Source: a virus (lineage: Duplodnaviria > Caudoviricetes). Taken from it: a stretch of 64,000 bases of DNA. Location of the stretch: IMG/VR virus record IMGVR_UViG_3300029319_000001; one strand, 5' to 3'. Under the pieces are notes generated by a model, which worked only from the letters and a program-made list of their open reading frames with translations, had not been told where the DNA came from and made no database searches. Positions 1-10,600 of this stretch are shown piece after piece (the stretch's first letter is position 1; every line of letters starts with the position of its first letter). The translations under genes were made by a program, and so were the position numbers.

Positions 1-19
1 TAATCCTGACTGGCATCAA

Positions 20-628
20 ATGCATTCTTTTGAGACTGGAACATGTGATAGAGATGCTCCTGTAGGAAGTAAGATAGTTACTTTGGATGCAGATGTATAT
101 CCTATGAATGCTATCGCATGTTATGGTGGTATTGAAGGTCCTTATCAGATAGAAACTCCTTCAGGTCCTGACTCAGAACCTAATCCTATTCTTAATGACT
201 ATCTTCACTTCCAAGAAGTGTTTGATATGCTTTCATTAGAGTATGATCATGTTAATAATAAGTGGCCAAGAGATCCTGTCTTCTCTAGTGATGCTACAGA
301 GTGGAATAATAACCGCAGTGAAGGAAATGGTCCTGAGGATGCTACAACATTTGGTTGGGAGTGGGTAAGAAAAACTAGAGATAATCTTTTAGCTCAGTCT
401 GATGATAAGATTCCTAATGATGCTCCTTCAAGTTTTGCTTCACCTTGGAAAGAATATCGTCAGAAATTAAGAGACCTTCCTTCAACTTGGGCAGGTGTAG
501 GTACAGAAACATATAGAATTGTATGGCCACACGAACCAGATGATACTCCTAACAGTGGAGATGCTGCAGACACTAGTGATTTCTGGAGTGGTGGTACATC
601 TAAAGCACCAGAGGATATAGATCCTTAA
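20..628 (+). CDS. Tail fibre assembly chaperone-like protein (frame open to the window edge, so possibly 5'-truncated)
   Basis: WVRKTRDNLLAQSD and WKEYRQKLRDLP motifs typical of phage tail-assembly chaperone C-termini. Confidence 0.6.
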   Translation: MHSFETGTCDRDAPVGSKIVTLDADVYPMNAIACYGGIEGPYQIETPSGPDSEPNPILNDYLHFQEVFDMLSLEYDHVNNKWPRDPVFSSDATEWNNNRSEGNGPEDATTFGWEWVRKTRDNLLAQSDDKIPNDAPSSFASPWKEYRQKLRDLPSTWAGVGTETYRIVWPHEPDDTPNSGDAADTSDFWSGGTSKAPEDIDP

Positions 629-665
629 GGATGCAAAACGAAATGTAACTTTTTATTCCAAAATT

Positions 666-708
666 TCGGGAAAAATTTTCTCGGAATTTTTTTGTCTCTG
701 AGGATTTT
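666..708. repeat. A/T-tract intergenic element, copy 1
   Basis: TCGGGAAAAATTTTCTCGGAATTTTTTTGTCTCTGAGGATTTT; 31/43 identical to 15596-15638 by manual alignment. Confidence 0.6.
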
Positions 709-711
709 ATT

Positions 712-1536
712 ATGTTTGAACTGAACTCTAATCGTAAAGAAAAAGTAATTAGAAATATTGGTCCTGATCAGAGGACTGCATTGGTCGTAGATAATTTCTA
801 TGATAATCCTAGTGAACTAAAAGAACTAGCAGTGCAAGCAGAGAAGTGGAGAAGAAATGAATTAATTCAAGGTCTTCCAGGTGAGAGATGTTATATAGAA
901 ACAACAGAATTTAAAAAAAATACTAAAGAATTATTTGATAAGTATTGTTATGATGAGAGTCTATGGAAACATAGAATGACTTATCAAATGTATGAAGCTC
1001 ACTGGGATAACGCAGGGTTCTTATGTAATGTAATGAATTCTGATTCTCTCAATGCAAATCCTTTTTTAAGTTTACCTCATCAAGATGCATACTCTCAACC
1101 ATATCAAGATGATAGTGGTGGGTATACAGATGAGCATGGTGTTACTCGTGGTATAGTTGGACAATGTACTCAATCAACTTTTGATTATAATAGATTTGGT
1201 ATAGTAATCTTTCTAAATTATCCTGATGAGTGTCATGGTGGTACTAATTTGTATTCTTACAAAGGACAAATGACATTACCTTATAATGTCATGGATTATA
1301 TTGATAAACCAGAAAATTTTGATGAGTTAGTTGGGATGGATCATAGTAAGGTATGGGATTACATTCATAAATGGATGCGTGGAGGATACGATGGAGTATG
1401 GAAGGTTGAACATGAGTTTGAAATGGTGTATAATAGAATGATAATGTATGAATCTGATGTCTTACACTCCCCAAACGCTGATCCCACCATGTTTAAGGAT
1501 GGGTATGACCGTATAAACCAAGTTGTTTTTTTATGA
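712..1536 (+). CDS. DUF6445-like / 2OG-Fe(II)-fold hypothetical protein
   Basis: LVVDNFY N-terminus, PHQD, GGTNLY, and YNRMIMYESDVLHSP...RINQVVF C-terminus resembling the HxD...H...R oxygenase core. Confidence 0.55.
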   Translation: MFELNSNRKEKVIRNIGPDQRTALVVDNFYDNPSELKELAVQAEKWRRNELIQGLPGERCYIETTEFKKNTKELFDKYCYDESLWKHRMTYQMYEAHWDNAGFLCNVMNSDSLNANPFLSLPHQDAYSQPYQDDSGGYTDEHGVTRGIVGQCTQSTFDYNRFGIVIFLNYPDECHGGTNLYSYKGQMTLPYNVMDYIDKPENFDELVGMDHSKVWDYIHKWMRGGYDGVWKVEHEFEMVYNRMIMYESDVLHSPNADPTMFKDGYDRINQVVFL

Positions 1537-1561
1537 CTATATAAATTGTTGATGTGATAGT

Positions 1562-2539
1562 ATGAGATCTAAAGTATTCTTTATTAATGGTGGTGCAGGT
1601 AGAGTGGTTGCTTCTATCCCTGCATTAGAAAAATATGCTGAAACTCATGACGATTTTATAATTGTCTGTGAGGGTGGTATGAATTTCTACAGAGGACATC
1701 CTGTATTACATAAGTATGCCTATGATAATTGGCATAAAGGATTGTTTGAAGATAAGATTAAAGATAGAGATTGTGTAACACCAGAACCATATAGACAGTG
1801 GCATTATTATAATCAGAAGTGTAGTCTTTCTCAAGCATTTGATATAGAAATCAATGGGTTAGATGAACCTAGAGAATTACCAGCACCCAATATTACCTTG
1901 GCAAAAGGTGAGGGTATTCAAGGAATGCAGTTGGTTGATGAAGCAATAAACACTACAGGAAAAGAAAAAGTTATAGTTATTCAACCATTTGGTAGAGGTA
2001 TTATGGATACTGGTGGGTATATGTTTGACCCCACCTCTCGTAGTTTTAATCTATCAGATATTAGTACTATCATTAATAATTTAAAGAAAGATTATTGTGT
2101 GATTGTAATGTCTGAGTTCCCATTCCAGACAGAAGAGGGAGAATCTAAGGATGCATATATTGTTCCTAACATAGAAGACATTCGTATCTGGGCAAGTATC
2201 ATAGACAGAGCAGATCATTTCTTAGGATGTGATTCTGTTGGTCAACATATTGCTAAGGCAGTTGGTAGCACAGTTACTGCTGTGATTGGATCAACATATC
2301 CAATCAACATATCCTATCCAGATGATCCAAAATTTGATATAATAGATCTAGGTGAAGATAGAAGAACTTTTTCTCCTATCAGATTAACTATGGAAGATTA
2401 TCAAGACATACAGAATGATGAGTGTATGTCTATGACTGAGAAAGATATCTCTGCAGTAATTAAATCGTGTAGAGATAAACTTGGCAAATCTGTCAAGAAA
2501 AAAGTTGTACAAGCAGAAACTAAGGGGTTTGGTAAATGA
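1562..2539 (+). CDS. Glycosyltransferase, GT9 (heptosyltransferase)-like
   Basis: VIVIQPFG and IIDRADHFLGCDSVGQHIAKAVG match the GT9 'aD.fig.DSg..HlAaA.g' motif; next to heptose-pathway genes. Confidence 0.65.
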   Translation: MRSKVFFINGGAGRVVASIPALEKYAETHDDFIIVCEGGMNFYRGHPVLHKYAYDNWHKGLFEDKIKDRDCVTPEPYRQWHYYNQKCSLSQAFDIEINGLDEPRELPAPNITLAKGEGIQGMQLVDEAINTTGKEKVIVIQPFGRGIMDTGGYMFDPTSRSFNLSDISTIINNLKKDYCVIVMSEFPFQTEEGESKDAYIVPNIEDIRIWASIIDRADHFLGCDSVGQHIAKAVGSTVTAVIGSTYPINISYPDDPKFDIIDLGEDRRTFSPIRLTMEDYQDIQNDECMSMTEKDISAVIKSCRDKLGKSVKKKVVQAETKGFGK

Positions 2540-4356
2540 CACAGTGGATTGCTGGCATAGCAAGAGGACATAACGGAGGGGTCTGTCTTCTTAAAGATGG
2601 TGAAATTGTATTTGCTGTAGAAGAGGAGAGAATTTCTCGTCGCAAGTATGATGGTGCTCCTCTTGCATCTATGATGTTAATCAAAAAGTATACTGATAAA
2701 CTAGATTATCTTGTCATTGCTCACACTCAGATGACAGCAAAAGATGCACCTGTATTAGAATATTCTTTTGAATCTGCCTATGTAGGTCTTGCAAGAAAGA
2801 TGGGATTGATCGATGATAATTCTGGACAAGATCCAAAGAAAGGACATTCGCAAGTTATAGACTTAGGAAATATACATCATAAGTTACATGCTGCATGTGC
2901 ATTCTATCGTTCTGGATTTACTGAGGCAGCAGCATTAGTAGTTGATGGTGCAGGTACATTCATTGACTTCTCTATCATGGATAGACAGGAGACAGTATGG
3001 GAAGTTGAATCTATATTTGATTGTACTTATCCTAAAGAAATTAATACTGTATGGAAACATCTAGGTACTAGAGGACCTGCTACTACAGCAACCATTCCTG
3101 ACATGGAAGCAAAGGAAGTTTATCCTACTGAGAAAGGAACCTTTGAGTATCTACTTGACGAGACTTGTGGTATTGTGAAAGCATACGAGGCAGTTACACA
3201 GTATTGTGGATGGCATGCTATTGAGGCAGGTAAAACTATGGGTCTATTTCCATATGGTAAACCTAATCCAGAAGTACCTAAGATCTTTAAGAAATTTGGT
3301 ACGGTAGATAGGAATGTAATGATACCTACCTATCCAAATGCAGGACATGTTAATGTGCATGAGTATCCTTTCCTTGATGATCATCCAGATCCTAATGATC
3401 CTAATTCAGATCTAACTAAGTATCAGAACAGAAGAGACTTAGCATATGCAGTACAAACTGAAACACAAGAAGCAGTCTTAAAACTTATTCGTAAAGCAGT
3501 TGAGATGACTGGTAAAAAGAATATAGTATTGTCTGGTGGGTATGGGTTGAACTGTGTTGCAAACTACTGGTATCTTGAGCAGTTAAAAGATGAGGGCATC
3601 AATTTATTTGTAGAACCAGTTAGTAATGATGCTGGTACTGCTATTGGAGCAGCATTATATATTTACTATAAAACATTGCAACCTTTTCAAGTTGAAGATG
3701 CACTTAAACCTCAGATAAACACACTATATCTCGGTCCTGAATACAATTATTCTTTAGATGATATTGTAGATGTTAGTGATAAGTATAATGGTGTTGTTAA
3801 TTATGCTAATCATGAAGATGTAATTAAGTTGATTACCTCTGAAAATATTGTAGCAATGTTCCAAGGTAAGTCTGAGTCAGGTCCTCGTGCTCTTGGTAAT
3901 CGTTCTATATTATATGATCCTCGTGATCCAGAAGGCAAAGACTTTGTTAATACTGTCAAGCATCGTGAATACTTCAGACCATTTGCAGGTACTATTCTAA
4001 AGGAACATGTTCATGATTGGTTTGATCTTCGTGGTATGGATGAGACTCCATTCATGATGTATGCTGTTGAATGTAAACCAGGTATTGAAGAAAAGATTCC
4101 TGCTATTATTCATGTAGATAAGACATGTAGAATTCAAACTGTAACAAAGGAACAAAATAAAAATTACCATGAATTAATTAGTGAGTTTTATAAACAAACT
4201 GGTTGTCCTATCCTGTTCAATACTTCTTTTAATTTGGGTGGTGAACCCTTAGTTGAAACATTAGAAGATGCTGTCAAAACTATTGCCAATAGTGACATTG
4301 AATATCTTTACTTACCTGAGTATGGTAAACTAATTACTATTAAAAATGATAAGTAA
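2536..4356 (+). CDS. O-carbamoyltransferase (NodU/CmcH/TobZ family)
   Basis: AVEEERISRRK, HHKLHAACAF, VVDGAG, EAGKTMGL, LSGGYGLNCVAN, DAGTAIGAA, GPRALGNRSIL, KHREYFRPFA, NTSFN. Confidence 0.93.
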   Translation: MTQWIAGIARGHNGGVCLLKDGEIVFAVEEERISRRKYDGAPLASMMLIKKYTDKLDYLVIAHTQMTAKDAPVLEYSFESAYVGLARKMGLIDDNSGQDPKKGHSQVIDLGNIHHKLHAACAFYRSGFTEAAALVVDGAGTFIDFSIMDRQETVWEVESIFDCTYPKEINTVWKHLGTRGPATTATIPDMEAKEVYPTEKGTFEYLLDETCGIVKAYEAVTQYCGWHAIEAGKTMGLFPYGKPNPEVPKIFKKFGTVDRNVMIPTYPNAGHVNVHEYPFLDDHPDPNDPNSDLTKYQNRRDLAYAVQTETQEAVLKLIRKAVEMTGKKNIVLSGGYGLNCVANYWYLEQLKDEGINLFVEPVSNDAGTAIGAALYIYYKTLQPFQVEDALKPQINTLYLGPEYNYSLDDIVDVSDKYNGVVNYANHEDVIKLITSENIVAMFQGKSESGPRALGNRSILYDPRDPEGKDFVNTVKHREYFRPFAGTILKEHVHDWFDLRGMDETPFMMYAVECKPGIEEKIPAIIHVDKTCRIQTVTKEQNKNYHELISEFYKQTGCPILFNTSFNLGGEPLVETLEDAVKTIANSDIEYLYLPEYGKLITIKNDK

Positions 4357-4978
4357 TGTAATGGTCATTGATGACTTTATTGATCTAGAATACCAAGAAA
4401 AAATTAAAACTACTCTATTTGGTGAGGAAAGACCTGACATGGAACAGTTTCCTTGGTATTATCTCGAAGATGTTACAGCATCTGGTGATAGTGATAGTCA
4501 GCATAGACCAGGACTTTCTCATGTATATGTTGACTTGCCTTATGAAGATGAAAGAGATTTAAAAACTGGAACTATAAACTCTGATGTTTTAGGAGGTCAT
4601 ATAATAAGTGATTACCATGAATTATTTGTTCCCTTACTTGAAACAGTTGTTCGTAAACTTGGATTAAATCAGGCAAAAGTTCTTCAAGGTCGTTCTTTTT
4701 TACAGTTTCCAATAAACACAGATGGAACTATCGACAAACCACACATAGATATTCATGGTAATAACAAATTTGTAGTTGCACTTTACTATGTTTGTGATAG
4801 TGATGGTGATACAGTTATATACAATGAAAAAGTACAATCAGAAAAATATACTATCAAGCAGAGAGTCACACCAAAACAAGGTAGAATAGTTATATTTGAT
4901 GGTCATCTATATCACACAGCAGAGCAACCTACAAAAAGTAATACTAGATGTATTGTAAATTATAATCTAGGACTATGA
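4346..4978 (+). CDS. 2OG-Fe(II) oxygenase superfamily protein
   Basis: PHID, ALYYV..SDGDT, PKQGRIVIFDGHLYHTA, RCIVNYN. Confidence 0.8.
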   Translation: MISNVMVIDDFIDLEYQEKIKTTLFGEERPDMEQFPWYYLEDVTASGDSDSQHRPGLSHVYVDLPYEDERDLKTGTINSDVLGGHIISDYHELFVPLLETVVRKLGLNQAKVLQGRSFLQFPINTDGTIDKPHIDIHGNNKFVVALYYVCDSDGDTVIYNEKVQSEKYTIKQRVTPKQGRIVIFDGHLYHTAEQPTKSNTRCIVNYNLGL

Positions 4979-5406
4979 GTAAACCATTTATACATGAAAA
5001 AAAATGGATCAAAGTTTTTGTTAATGGAACCTTTGATCTCTTACATCCTGGTCACATAGCACTACTAAATTATGCTAAATCTTTAGGAGATTATGTTGTT
5101 GTTGGTATTGATACTGATGACAGAGTGAAAGAAAAAAAGGGAAGCACTCGTCCAATATATAATCAGGAAGACAGAGGGATAATGCTTGTCTCTCTATCAT
5201 CAGTTGATGAAGTGACATACTTTGATAGTGATGAGTCTCTTGAGGCATTGATAAAGGATGTCAAACCTGATATAATGATAGTTGGTTCCGATTGGAAAGG
5301 TAAGTCAGTCATTGGTAAACACAGTGCTGGCAAATTAATATTCTTTGATAGGATTGAAAAGTATGCAACTAGCAAGACAATACAATGTATTATTGATAGG
5401 GGATAG
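4975..5406 (+). CDS. Cytidylyltransferase-family nucleotidyltransferase (HldE/RfaE domain II-like)
   Basis: NGTFDLLHPGH (HxGH), VVGIDTD, RPIYNQEDR, VGSDW. Confidence 0.85.
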   Translation: MSKPFIHEKKWIKVFVNGTFDLLHPGHIALLNYAKSLGDYVVVGIDTDDRVKEKKGSTRPIYNQEDRGIMLVSLSSVDEVTYFDSDESLEALIKDVKPDIMIVGSDWKGKSVIGKHSAGKLIFFDRIEKYATSKTIQCIIDRG

Positions 5407-6145
5407 TTGCACCGATGAATGGGTGTACGGATCTTGTGATCGTTTAAGTCCAGAAGGACCTATCCCTGTTATGAAATATCAGGAGAAGCAAACTGCACCT
5501 GGTATGGCAGCAAATGTCAATGAAAATTTAAAATCTCTTGGTATTAATGTAAATTTTATAACAAACAAAGAAAAGATAACAAAGACTAGGTATGTACATC
5601 AGAGATCTAATCAACAGGTCATGCGTCTTGATACTGAACCAGAAATAGAACCTATTAAACAACATCAAATTATGATTGCAGCGATGCATCAACAGTATGA
5701 TGCTATAGTTGTATCAGATTACAATAAAGGATTTGTAGATTTGAAATTGATTGAAGATCTTGCATTAAAAAATCCACAGATAAAAGTTTTTGTTGATACT
5801 AAATCAACTAGACCTCCGAGGAGAGATAATATAATATACAAAATTAATCAGAAAGAATTTGAAGCATTACAACCAGATCATATTCCCAACTCTAGTAATT
5901 GTATAGTTACTATGGGTGCTAACGGTGCTCTATGGAATAAGAAACAATTCCAAGTGCCTGTTGCTAGAACATTTGATGTTACTGGTGCAGGAGATACATT
6001 CTTAGCAGCATTAGTCTTCTATTATATACAATTAGATTCTATGGATGAGTCTATTGCTTTTGCTAACAAAGCAGCAGCAATAGCAGTTGAAAATCCTGGT
6101 ACATACACATTAACAATGGAGGATGTTGATGAGATATTGCGTTGA
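5345..6145 (+). CDS. PfkB-family sugar kinase (HldE/RfaE domain I-like); likely start about 5363
   Basis: LIGD..TDEW.YG...RLSPEGPIPV, PGMAANV..N...LG, VVSDYNKG, DVTGAGDTFLA. Confidence 0.88.
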   Translation: MIGLKSMQLARQYNVLLIGDSCTDEWVYGSCDRLSPEGPIPVMKYQEKQTAPGMAANVNENLKSLGINVNFITNKEKITKTRYVHQRSNQQVMRLDTEPEIEPIKQHQIMIAAMHQQYDAIVVSDYNKGFVDLKLIEDLALKNPQIKVFVDTKSTRPPRRDNIIYKINQKEFEALQPDHIPNSSNCIVTMGANGALWNKKQFQVPVARTFDVTGAGDTFLAALVFYYIQLDSMDESIAFANKAAAIAVENPGTYTLTMEDVDEILR

Positions 6146-6476
6146 TATTGATAGCACTATCTGTACACCTGGTACATGTGGAAATTGTGTCTATGAGGGT
6201 TCTACTCCTAAGAAAGATCGGATAGAAAAAATTAATAAATTATATGAAGAGGGTCATTATATAATATACTTTACTGCTCGTGCTATGGGTAGGTCTAGTA
6301 TGCTTCCACATCATGAGGCAAAACAAAAGGCAGAAGAGTTATTAAAACCACTAACTAAATGTCAACTAGATATATGGGGATGCAAATACCATGAATTAAT
6401 CATGGGTAAACCACATGCTGATATTTTTATTGATGATAAAGCAATGAATAGTGAGGATTATTTTGAAGGAAACTAA
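6129..6476 (+). CDS. Short HAD-family phosphatase
   Basis: DIDSTIC (DxD motif I), YFTAR, MGKP.ADIFIDDKA. Confidence 0.75.
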   Translation: MRYCVDIDSTICTPGTCGNCVYEGSTPKKDRIEKINKLYEEGHYIIYFTARAMGRSSMLPHHEAKQKAEELLKPLTKCQLDIWGCKYHELIMGKPHADIFIDDKAMNSEDYFEGN

Positions 6477-6825
6477 ACCAAAATTTGTACCAAAAGGATG
6501 GGGTTGGGAGAAATGGATTGCCAACTCACCTGAGTATTGTGGAAAGTTACTCTTCATTAAGAAGAACCACAGATGCTCATGGCATTATCATATACTAAAG
6601 GATGAAACTTTTTATTTACAGTCAGGTAAGATTCATTTATTCTATGGTAAGACAGATAATTTAGAGGATGCGAAGACAATGATACTAGAACCAGGCGATA
6701 GTTTCCACTGTTGTAGAGAGACTAGACATCAGATGGTTGCAATAGAAGATGCAGAACTATTTGAATTTTCTACACAACATTTTGACTCTGATTCAAACAG
6801 AGTTATACCTGGAGATACTCTTTAA
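6451..6825 (+). CDS. Cupin-fold protein (sugar isomerase-like)
   Basis: VPKGWGWE, SWHYH..KDETFY, LEPGDSFH.....HQM, EFST.H.DSDS.R. Confidence 0.75.
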   Translation: MRIILKETKPKFVPKGWGWEKWIANSPEYCGKLLFIKKNHRCSWHYHILKDETFYLQSGKIHLFYGKTDNLEDAKTMILEPGDSFHCCRETRHQMVAIEDAELFEFSTQHFDSDSNRVIPGDTL

Positions 6826-7582
6826 CTGTTTTAAATTTATAATCTTTTAACCATTTCATGTCAGCTATGGTATAATATTGATACTTACCCTTAAGAGGAG
6901 GCGGAAATGGTATTTGAGTCGATTGGCACCCAGTTTTTAGTGAAACTAATTGAGCTACAGTGTCAATTGTTATTGGCGACCCTGTGCCAAGATCGTATAT
7001 GCCCGAACCTGCAGTGTTCGATAACACAACATTTACAAGATCCCCAACCCACACATAGTCACGATATATCTGATCGCTTCCCTCAAATGGATGTATCACT
7101 CCCACAGAGGACTGCCACTGAAACTGAGAGACCAAACTTGCCATAGATCCTTTATGGTATTCACCTGATCCATATACATTGAAGTATCTAAACCCTTGAA
7201 TATGTACGAACCTTTCAATGTTATCTAAGACCCAGTAATCTACTGTTGCTTTAGATAATGCGTAGTAATTCAAGGGATTTATAATGCCTTGTTGATTACC
7301 GTAGACAGACGCTGAACTGGCATACTTAACAGGGATACTATACTCAATTGCCTTCTCAAATAATTTAATACTATAATCAATATTATATTTGTGTATCATC
7401 CCAAGGTCTTTGTTTGTCGTAGAGGACAAAGCACCCTGATGGATGATCATATCAACTTCATCCCATCTATTAAATTTCTCTATAAATTCTTCGCAATTAT
7501 CTAGATCTATTTCAAGGACATTTTCTAGTGACCTTACAAAGTGTCTTCCGATAAAACCACCAGCACCAGTTACGATATTCAT
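6803..7582 (-). CDS. ADP-L-glycero-D-manno-heptose 6-epimerase-like SDR (HldD/RfaD)
   Basis: IVTGAGGFIG, IHQGALSST, YASSASVYG, PLNYYALSK (YxxxK), FRYFNVYG.GE.HKG.MASLV, RDYVWV.D; ATG at 7582. Confidence 0.85.
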   Translation of the reverse strand: MNIVTGAGGFIGRHFVRSLENVLEIDLDNCEEFIEKFNRWDEVDMIIHQGALSSTTNKDLGMIHKYNIDYSIKLFEKAIEYSIPVKYASSASVYGNQQGIINPLNYYALSKATVDYWVLDNIERFVHIQGFRYFNVYGSGEYHKGSMASLVSQFQWQSSVGVIHPFEGSDQIYRDYVWVGDLVNVVLSNTAGSGIYDLGTGSPITIDTVAQLVSLKTGCQSTQIPFPPPLKGKYQYYTIADMKWLKDYKFKTVKEYLQV

Positions 7583-7652
7583 TACGATAATCTTTCTAGT
7601 ATATATTATAGCACACCTAAATACTAAAAAAGTGTATTCTGTTGCGTGAGAC

Positions 7653-10600
7653 ATGGCTTTAAAACGATATACATTATCTGTTACCAGTGCTGATTATTGG
7701 GATAAGATTCATGGTGCCCTCACCGTAGACTCTAACGAGGATGGAATTCCTGATAGAAAGATTACCTGTACCGATGAGAAAAAAGGTAGTCCTACTCGTG
7801 GAACCTATGAGTTGACGGAAGAAGAGGCTGCTGAGATTGGAAGACATTCATATGTTAATTGGATTGAGCTATCTTTAAAAGATAACCCAGACTCATTCCC
7901 AAAACCAGAACTTGCTATGCCACAAAGGTGGGATAGTGATGTTAAAGCATATCGTGATCTAGATTCACCTAACAATCCACCTACTACAGTAGGAGCATTG
8001 ACTAGTGCAGAAGAAAATAGAACTAACTGGGCTGTTCCTAGAGTAGGTGTGCAAACTGCAGGAGAAATATATGGTTCTAATGTTGGTAACCTTGCTGCGA
8101 TTACCACTAATACTAATTACACATATGATGGTAGAAATGTAGACTTAGTTATACATGACTCTGGTGTTCTAAGATCTCACCCTGAGTTCCTTAATGATGA
8201 TGGTACAAGTAGAGTAAGTGATATCGTTCTTGATGGTCCTTATCTTATAGACCCAGACTGGTTTAATACTTACGGTTATGTTTATACAAGAGAGGATGGA
8301 AGCACAGGTATTGCTACTGCAAACGCAATTGCATGGTGGGAAGATAACAACGCAAGATCTACTTCTAAAGGACTTTTACCTACAATCAATATCCCTTCAA
8401 ACTATACTTGTGATAGAGCAGTTGGTGTAGGTACTACTGGTGGTAACAGTCTTACTAGTGGTCACGGTACAGCATGTGCTGGTATGGCTGCTGGAAAGAA
8501 CATGGGTATGGCATTCAAGGCAAACATATGGAACATGCCAGCGATTAGTGATAATGTAGGTATGGATATTGAAACATCCTATGACCTCATTAAGTTTTTC
8601 CATCAACATAAACCAGTAAACCCTGTTCTTGGAGTAAAACTTCCGACTGTTGTTAATGGTTCATGGGGTTATCAAGCTGCTACTAATGCCAGTGCTACTT
8701 TATCTTGGAAGTTTAAGAACAATACTGGTACTATTGTTATGCCAGTTAGTAGTAGTTCAGATCCTGTTGATGTCAGTGATATGATCTATGGTTTCAACAA
8801 CCAAGTGCTTGGTGCATATAAATCATGGACATCATCTGCAAGAAATAATGCTTCTGATACTGCTGGTAAAGAAATGATGGATGCAGGTGTCATCTACATC
8901 TCTGCTGCAGGTAATAATAATCAAAGAATTGGTGCTGGATTTACTGATGTACACAGAACTGATAGTCTTACTGATGCATACTTTGGTTCAAATGATGGTC
9001 GTGCTGAGTTTGGTGGTACAAGAACTCCATGCGGATCTAGAGATTGGATGAACCCATCTGGTATTGGATTCAACTCAACTACTGGATACCATCCAGTAAT
9101 TAATGTTGGTGCAATGGATGACTTCATTGAATCAGATTTAAAAGAAAGAAAGGCAACATACTCTAACAGTGGTCCTGGTATTGACATCTATGCTCCTGCT
9201 GATGAGACACTAGCACCTGGTCTTCATAATGTAAGTAACTATAGAGACTATCCAAGATTTGATAACAGTGGTTTCTTTGACTGTAAATTTAGTGGAACTT
9301 CTGCTGCTGCACCTGTAGTTGCAGGTCTTGTTGCTCTGTATGCTCAAAGAAATCCAACTGCAACACCAACTGAAGCAAAGAATTGGGTAACAGGTTTTAC
9401 TACTTCTAGTGCTCTATCAGAATCTGGTAGTAAAATTTTAGGAAATGATTTATTCTTTGATCAGCATCCTGACATTGATACTGCTGCCTTCTGGTCAGGA
9501 CAATTCAACCAGAGAACTGAAGATGGTAACGGTAATGTTAATGTTACTTTTATTGATGTCAACTCTGGTATCTCTACAGAACTTGCAGGAATCAACGAAC
9601 CTTCTATTCTCTCTCCTGTTAACAATGCAACTGGTGTTAATACTGAGGGATTATTATTACGATCATCTGCATACACTGCTATTGGTGGAACAACAGTATC
9701 AGGTACATTAAAAGCAGTTGAATTCCAACTATCTAAAGATGTAGATTTTAGTTACATTGACTTCCAATCAACTACAAACAATGTTGGATTAGAACAGACA
9801 ACCACTGGAACTCTAGCTGGATTTACTACTTACTATGCAAGAGTAAGACATGTATCTAACTCTGATGGTACAGCATTTACTCAGTATTATTCTAATTACT
9901 CTGCTGGTATAGTATCGTTTGCTACCTTAGGTAATGCACCAGGTGTTCAGACACCATTCATTGTCGGACCTGTAAATGCATCTACTGTAGGTCAGAGATT
10001 TGGTATTGTATTAACCTCAAGTAGTTACATTGCTATAGATGGTGAGGCAGTTTCTGGTACACTTAAGGGAGTTGAATTTGAAGTCAGTACAGATATAACT
10101 TTTGCTGATCCTTCTCAAGTTGTTTATAGTTCTATTGGTTCTAACCTTACTTCATTAACTCAGACTATTAATACTGGTTTAGCTGCTGCTACCACATTCT
10201 ATGTAAGATTGAGGCATGTATCTAATGCTGATGGTAGTATGGGACAATCCTATGCTTCACCATTCTCTGTAGTAACATCTTTCCAAACTCCTGATCCATT
10301 CCAAGCAAGAGTGGGTCGTCTTGCATCTGTTAGGACTACATTGACTAAGGGTGTCGTTGAACCAACACTACTATTTGAGAGTGAAGATCTTCTTGAAGTT
10401 AGTGTTGCTGTTGCAAACCAGAATGACTTTAAATCTACATTTTCTATTGGTATCTCTAGCACACCTGGATTTAAAAGTAGTGACTACATTGCTTATGGTA
10501 TTGAATTAGACAGAGGTGGTACTAGACTGATTGAAAAGGTTGGTATTAAACCAGGCGATAAGATATTTGTATCATCATTCGACCCTAATGTATCTTTCCT

